Shown here: piece by piece, positions 37,306 through 39,098 of the stretch | How the letters are laid out: each line of letters begins with the position of its first letter | Numbering within the stretch: position 1 is the first letter of the stretch | DNA from: Phoronis australis | Lineage: Eukaryota > Animalia > Phoronida | NCBI GenBank assembly: GCA_002633005.1 | Contig: NMRA01000101.1 | Coordinates: forward strand, 780,964 to 820,061 | Direction: 5' to 3' | Length of the DNA: 39,098 nt | Notes under the pieces: generated by a model | The model's input: only the letters and a program-made list of their open reading frames with translations | Told to the model about the DNA's origin: nothing | The model's database searches: none | Program-made: the position numbers and the translations under genes

Positions 37306-37387
37306 ATGAGGTGTCCGGTTCTCGCAGCGTGGTTCTTGGCGTCTTTTATTGCCGTATATGCAGAAAAAGGAGACAGGTGTTTGTACG
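37306..37387 (+). CDS. Collagen-less CTHRC1-like gene, copy 4, exon 1 (signal peptide); remaining exons not in the window
   Basis: MRCPVLAAWFLASFIAVYAEKGDRCLY plus a G|GTAAAC donor, paralogous to exon 1 of copy 3. Confidence 0.8.
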
Positions 37388-37415
37388 GTAAACTGTATTT
37401 GATAAAGTGTATTAA

Positions 37416-38560
37416 AGACCTGGTTGCAAAATGCCCATGTGGTTCCAGTATCCGAAAATACTTACTACATAAAATCTTATTTTCGACACCCTTTCTTTAT
37501 ATTCTTTTCGCCTTTCTTGCCAAAAGCGATTTTTTAACCGTATTTGACCCTTCTCTGTGAGCGCATAATTACCGGCTTTCAACGGTTATTTCCGTACCCA
37601 CATTTACGGCTCATCAGTTCAGGAACTTGTCCTGAACGCCGTCATTTTTTCCTTGTAAGTGAATGAGCCTTCGCTTGCTCGAAAAGTATTCATTATTTTG
37701 TTTTATTAGTATTATCTCGTGATTATTTTGCATATGTAGTGTATTTATAGTTTGTAGTTAATGGTCGTTGAATTTTTTGGAATGTTACGCGTACTTATTA
37801 TGTTAAAATAGCATTGGTGTTTAGTTCCTTACGTAGGCCGGTCGAACCTAGGAACCAATATGGGTCGAACCAATTTTTTTTCGTTTTGATTTTTTTTCTC
37901 GTTTTGAAAAAGTACTTTGCTATCATTGGAAAGTTAGTGCATTCTACTTAGAAAAAATCGAAAAAGTATCAAAATCTGGGCAAGCAGTGTAAAGATATTG
38001 CAATTTTTGGGGCGAAATTTGGGTCACTTTGTTTGGATCGCGTCGGCCATATTGGAGGACAGCGGGATAAGTTACGAGTTTAAAACTTTGTGTAAATTGT
38101 TTTCGCCAACAAGTTGCGGTGAAATTTAGTTAGACATATCTTTACTTACTATTCTGCACGATTCAACAGTGTTCACCAAATTTCAGCCTCTCAGTTGTTC
38201 ATTTGCTCACAATCCTCGTTGGACTTCGTCTCATTTCTGGCGGCACCGACAACATGGCGACTTTTGCTGAACTGAAATGCATGTTCAATCGGCTACTTTG
38301 TAATTTTTGAAGATTTAACGTTGATACATTTTGACAAACGTTGATACAAAAAAGGAACTTTGTTCAATTTTCGTGTTTTTTGTGCAAAAATATAAGATAT
38401 ATTGGAATTATTTTACTGTGAATTTCCCATTCAAGTGATCTTACACTAAGCTAAAAAAATAGTTGAAATAATTTTGAAATGTTTTTTTGTTTGACTTTCA
38501 ACTGCTGTTCAAGGCTTGATTCGGTGTCACAAAATGATTCATATTTTTCTAAATTTTAAG
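37416..38560 (+). mobile_element. Insertion in intron 1 of copy 4 at a TTAA site (Kolobok-like start); right end not located
   Basis: Similarity to copy 3 intron 1 breaks at TTAA (37412-37415) followed by AG; 38250-38555 is similar to 23836-24135, so it is a dispersed repeat. Confidence 0.45.
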
Positions 38561-39098
38561 TCTCAATTGCTTCCCAGTCCTGTTTCGTAACTAGTTGCTT
38601 CTTAATTCAGGTTATCAATTCAACAATATCAGGAAGAGATAACCAGGAAGGGACAACTAGCTAAACCGCCGTTTTTGGCCTCCTTCCCCGGTCTAATTTC
38701 AGGACTTAAGTTTCGTTTAAAAGGAAACAGATGATTTTATCAGAGAGATTAAAGCTTTTTCTATAGAAGGATATCAAAAAAATCACTTTGCAACCTTAAA
38801 CAGTGGTGTAATTGTACTTTAAAAATATCGACTTCAGAGCACTCAATCGCAACTTCCCACACGCAGTCACGGGTATTTAAGCTTTTCCGTCGATGTATAG
38901 ATGGCGCAGTAGTCAAGTACTCCCTCATTTGCATATCAAATTTGCATGTGGGAGTTCTGAGACTCTCGTCAGTTGTTGGTCGAGCGCTTGAGTGGATAAA
39001 GCGGTGACCTCCCACTGAGAGCACGCGCTGATGAAGATACCACTCGATCGCTTCGCAATCAGGAGGTGAAAACACTCTCATGACCGCAGTTCTGAATT

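Larger units (their letters stand above)
22540..37420 (+). repeat. Tandem segmental duplication: intergenic spacers of copies 3 and 4 are colinear
   Basis: Matching blocks: 22540-23420/32340-33180, 23960-24270/33350-33770, 24600-24740/33940-34085, 24763-25200/35769-36230, 25405-26700/36250-37415. Confidence 0.9.

Noticed and set aside
38761-39081. 106-aa minus-strand ORF at the window end
   Set aside because: No recognisable motif and it lies in or next to an intronic insertion; a BLASTX search would be needed.

Overview
Eukaryotic (invertebrate animal, probably lophotrochozoan) genomic DNA, AT-rich, with spliceosomal introns and many transposon relics. The left end (minus strand) holds the 5' part of a CLIP1/CLIP-170/CLIP-190-type gene with two CAP-Gly domains. 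From about 14.7 kb to the window end, on the plus strand and divergent from CLIP1, is a tandem array of a small six-exon secreted-protein gene that the ORF track misses. It encodes a signal peptide, a Cys, a short predicted coiled coil on two micro-exons, and a CTHRC1-type C-terminal globular domain with no collagen triple helix and an altered cysteine pattern. Two copies are complete (173 and 177 aa). One is cut at a single N after exon 3 and may be an allelic assembly duplicate. A fourth has only exon 1 in the window. The repeat units carry a decayed L1/Tx1 LINE, Academ-like elements, MITEs and a tandem pair of TG...CA units with a hypervariable core. All calls come from manual reading and splicing; no database search was run.
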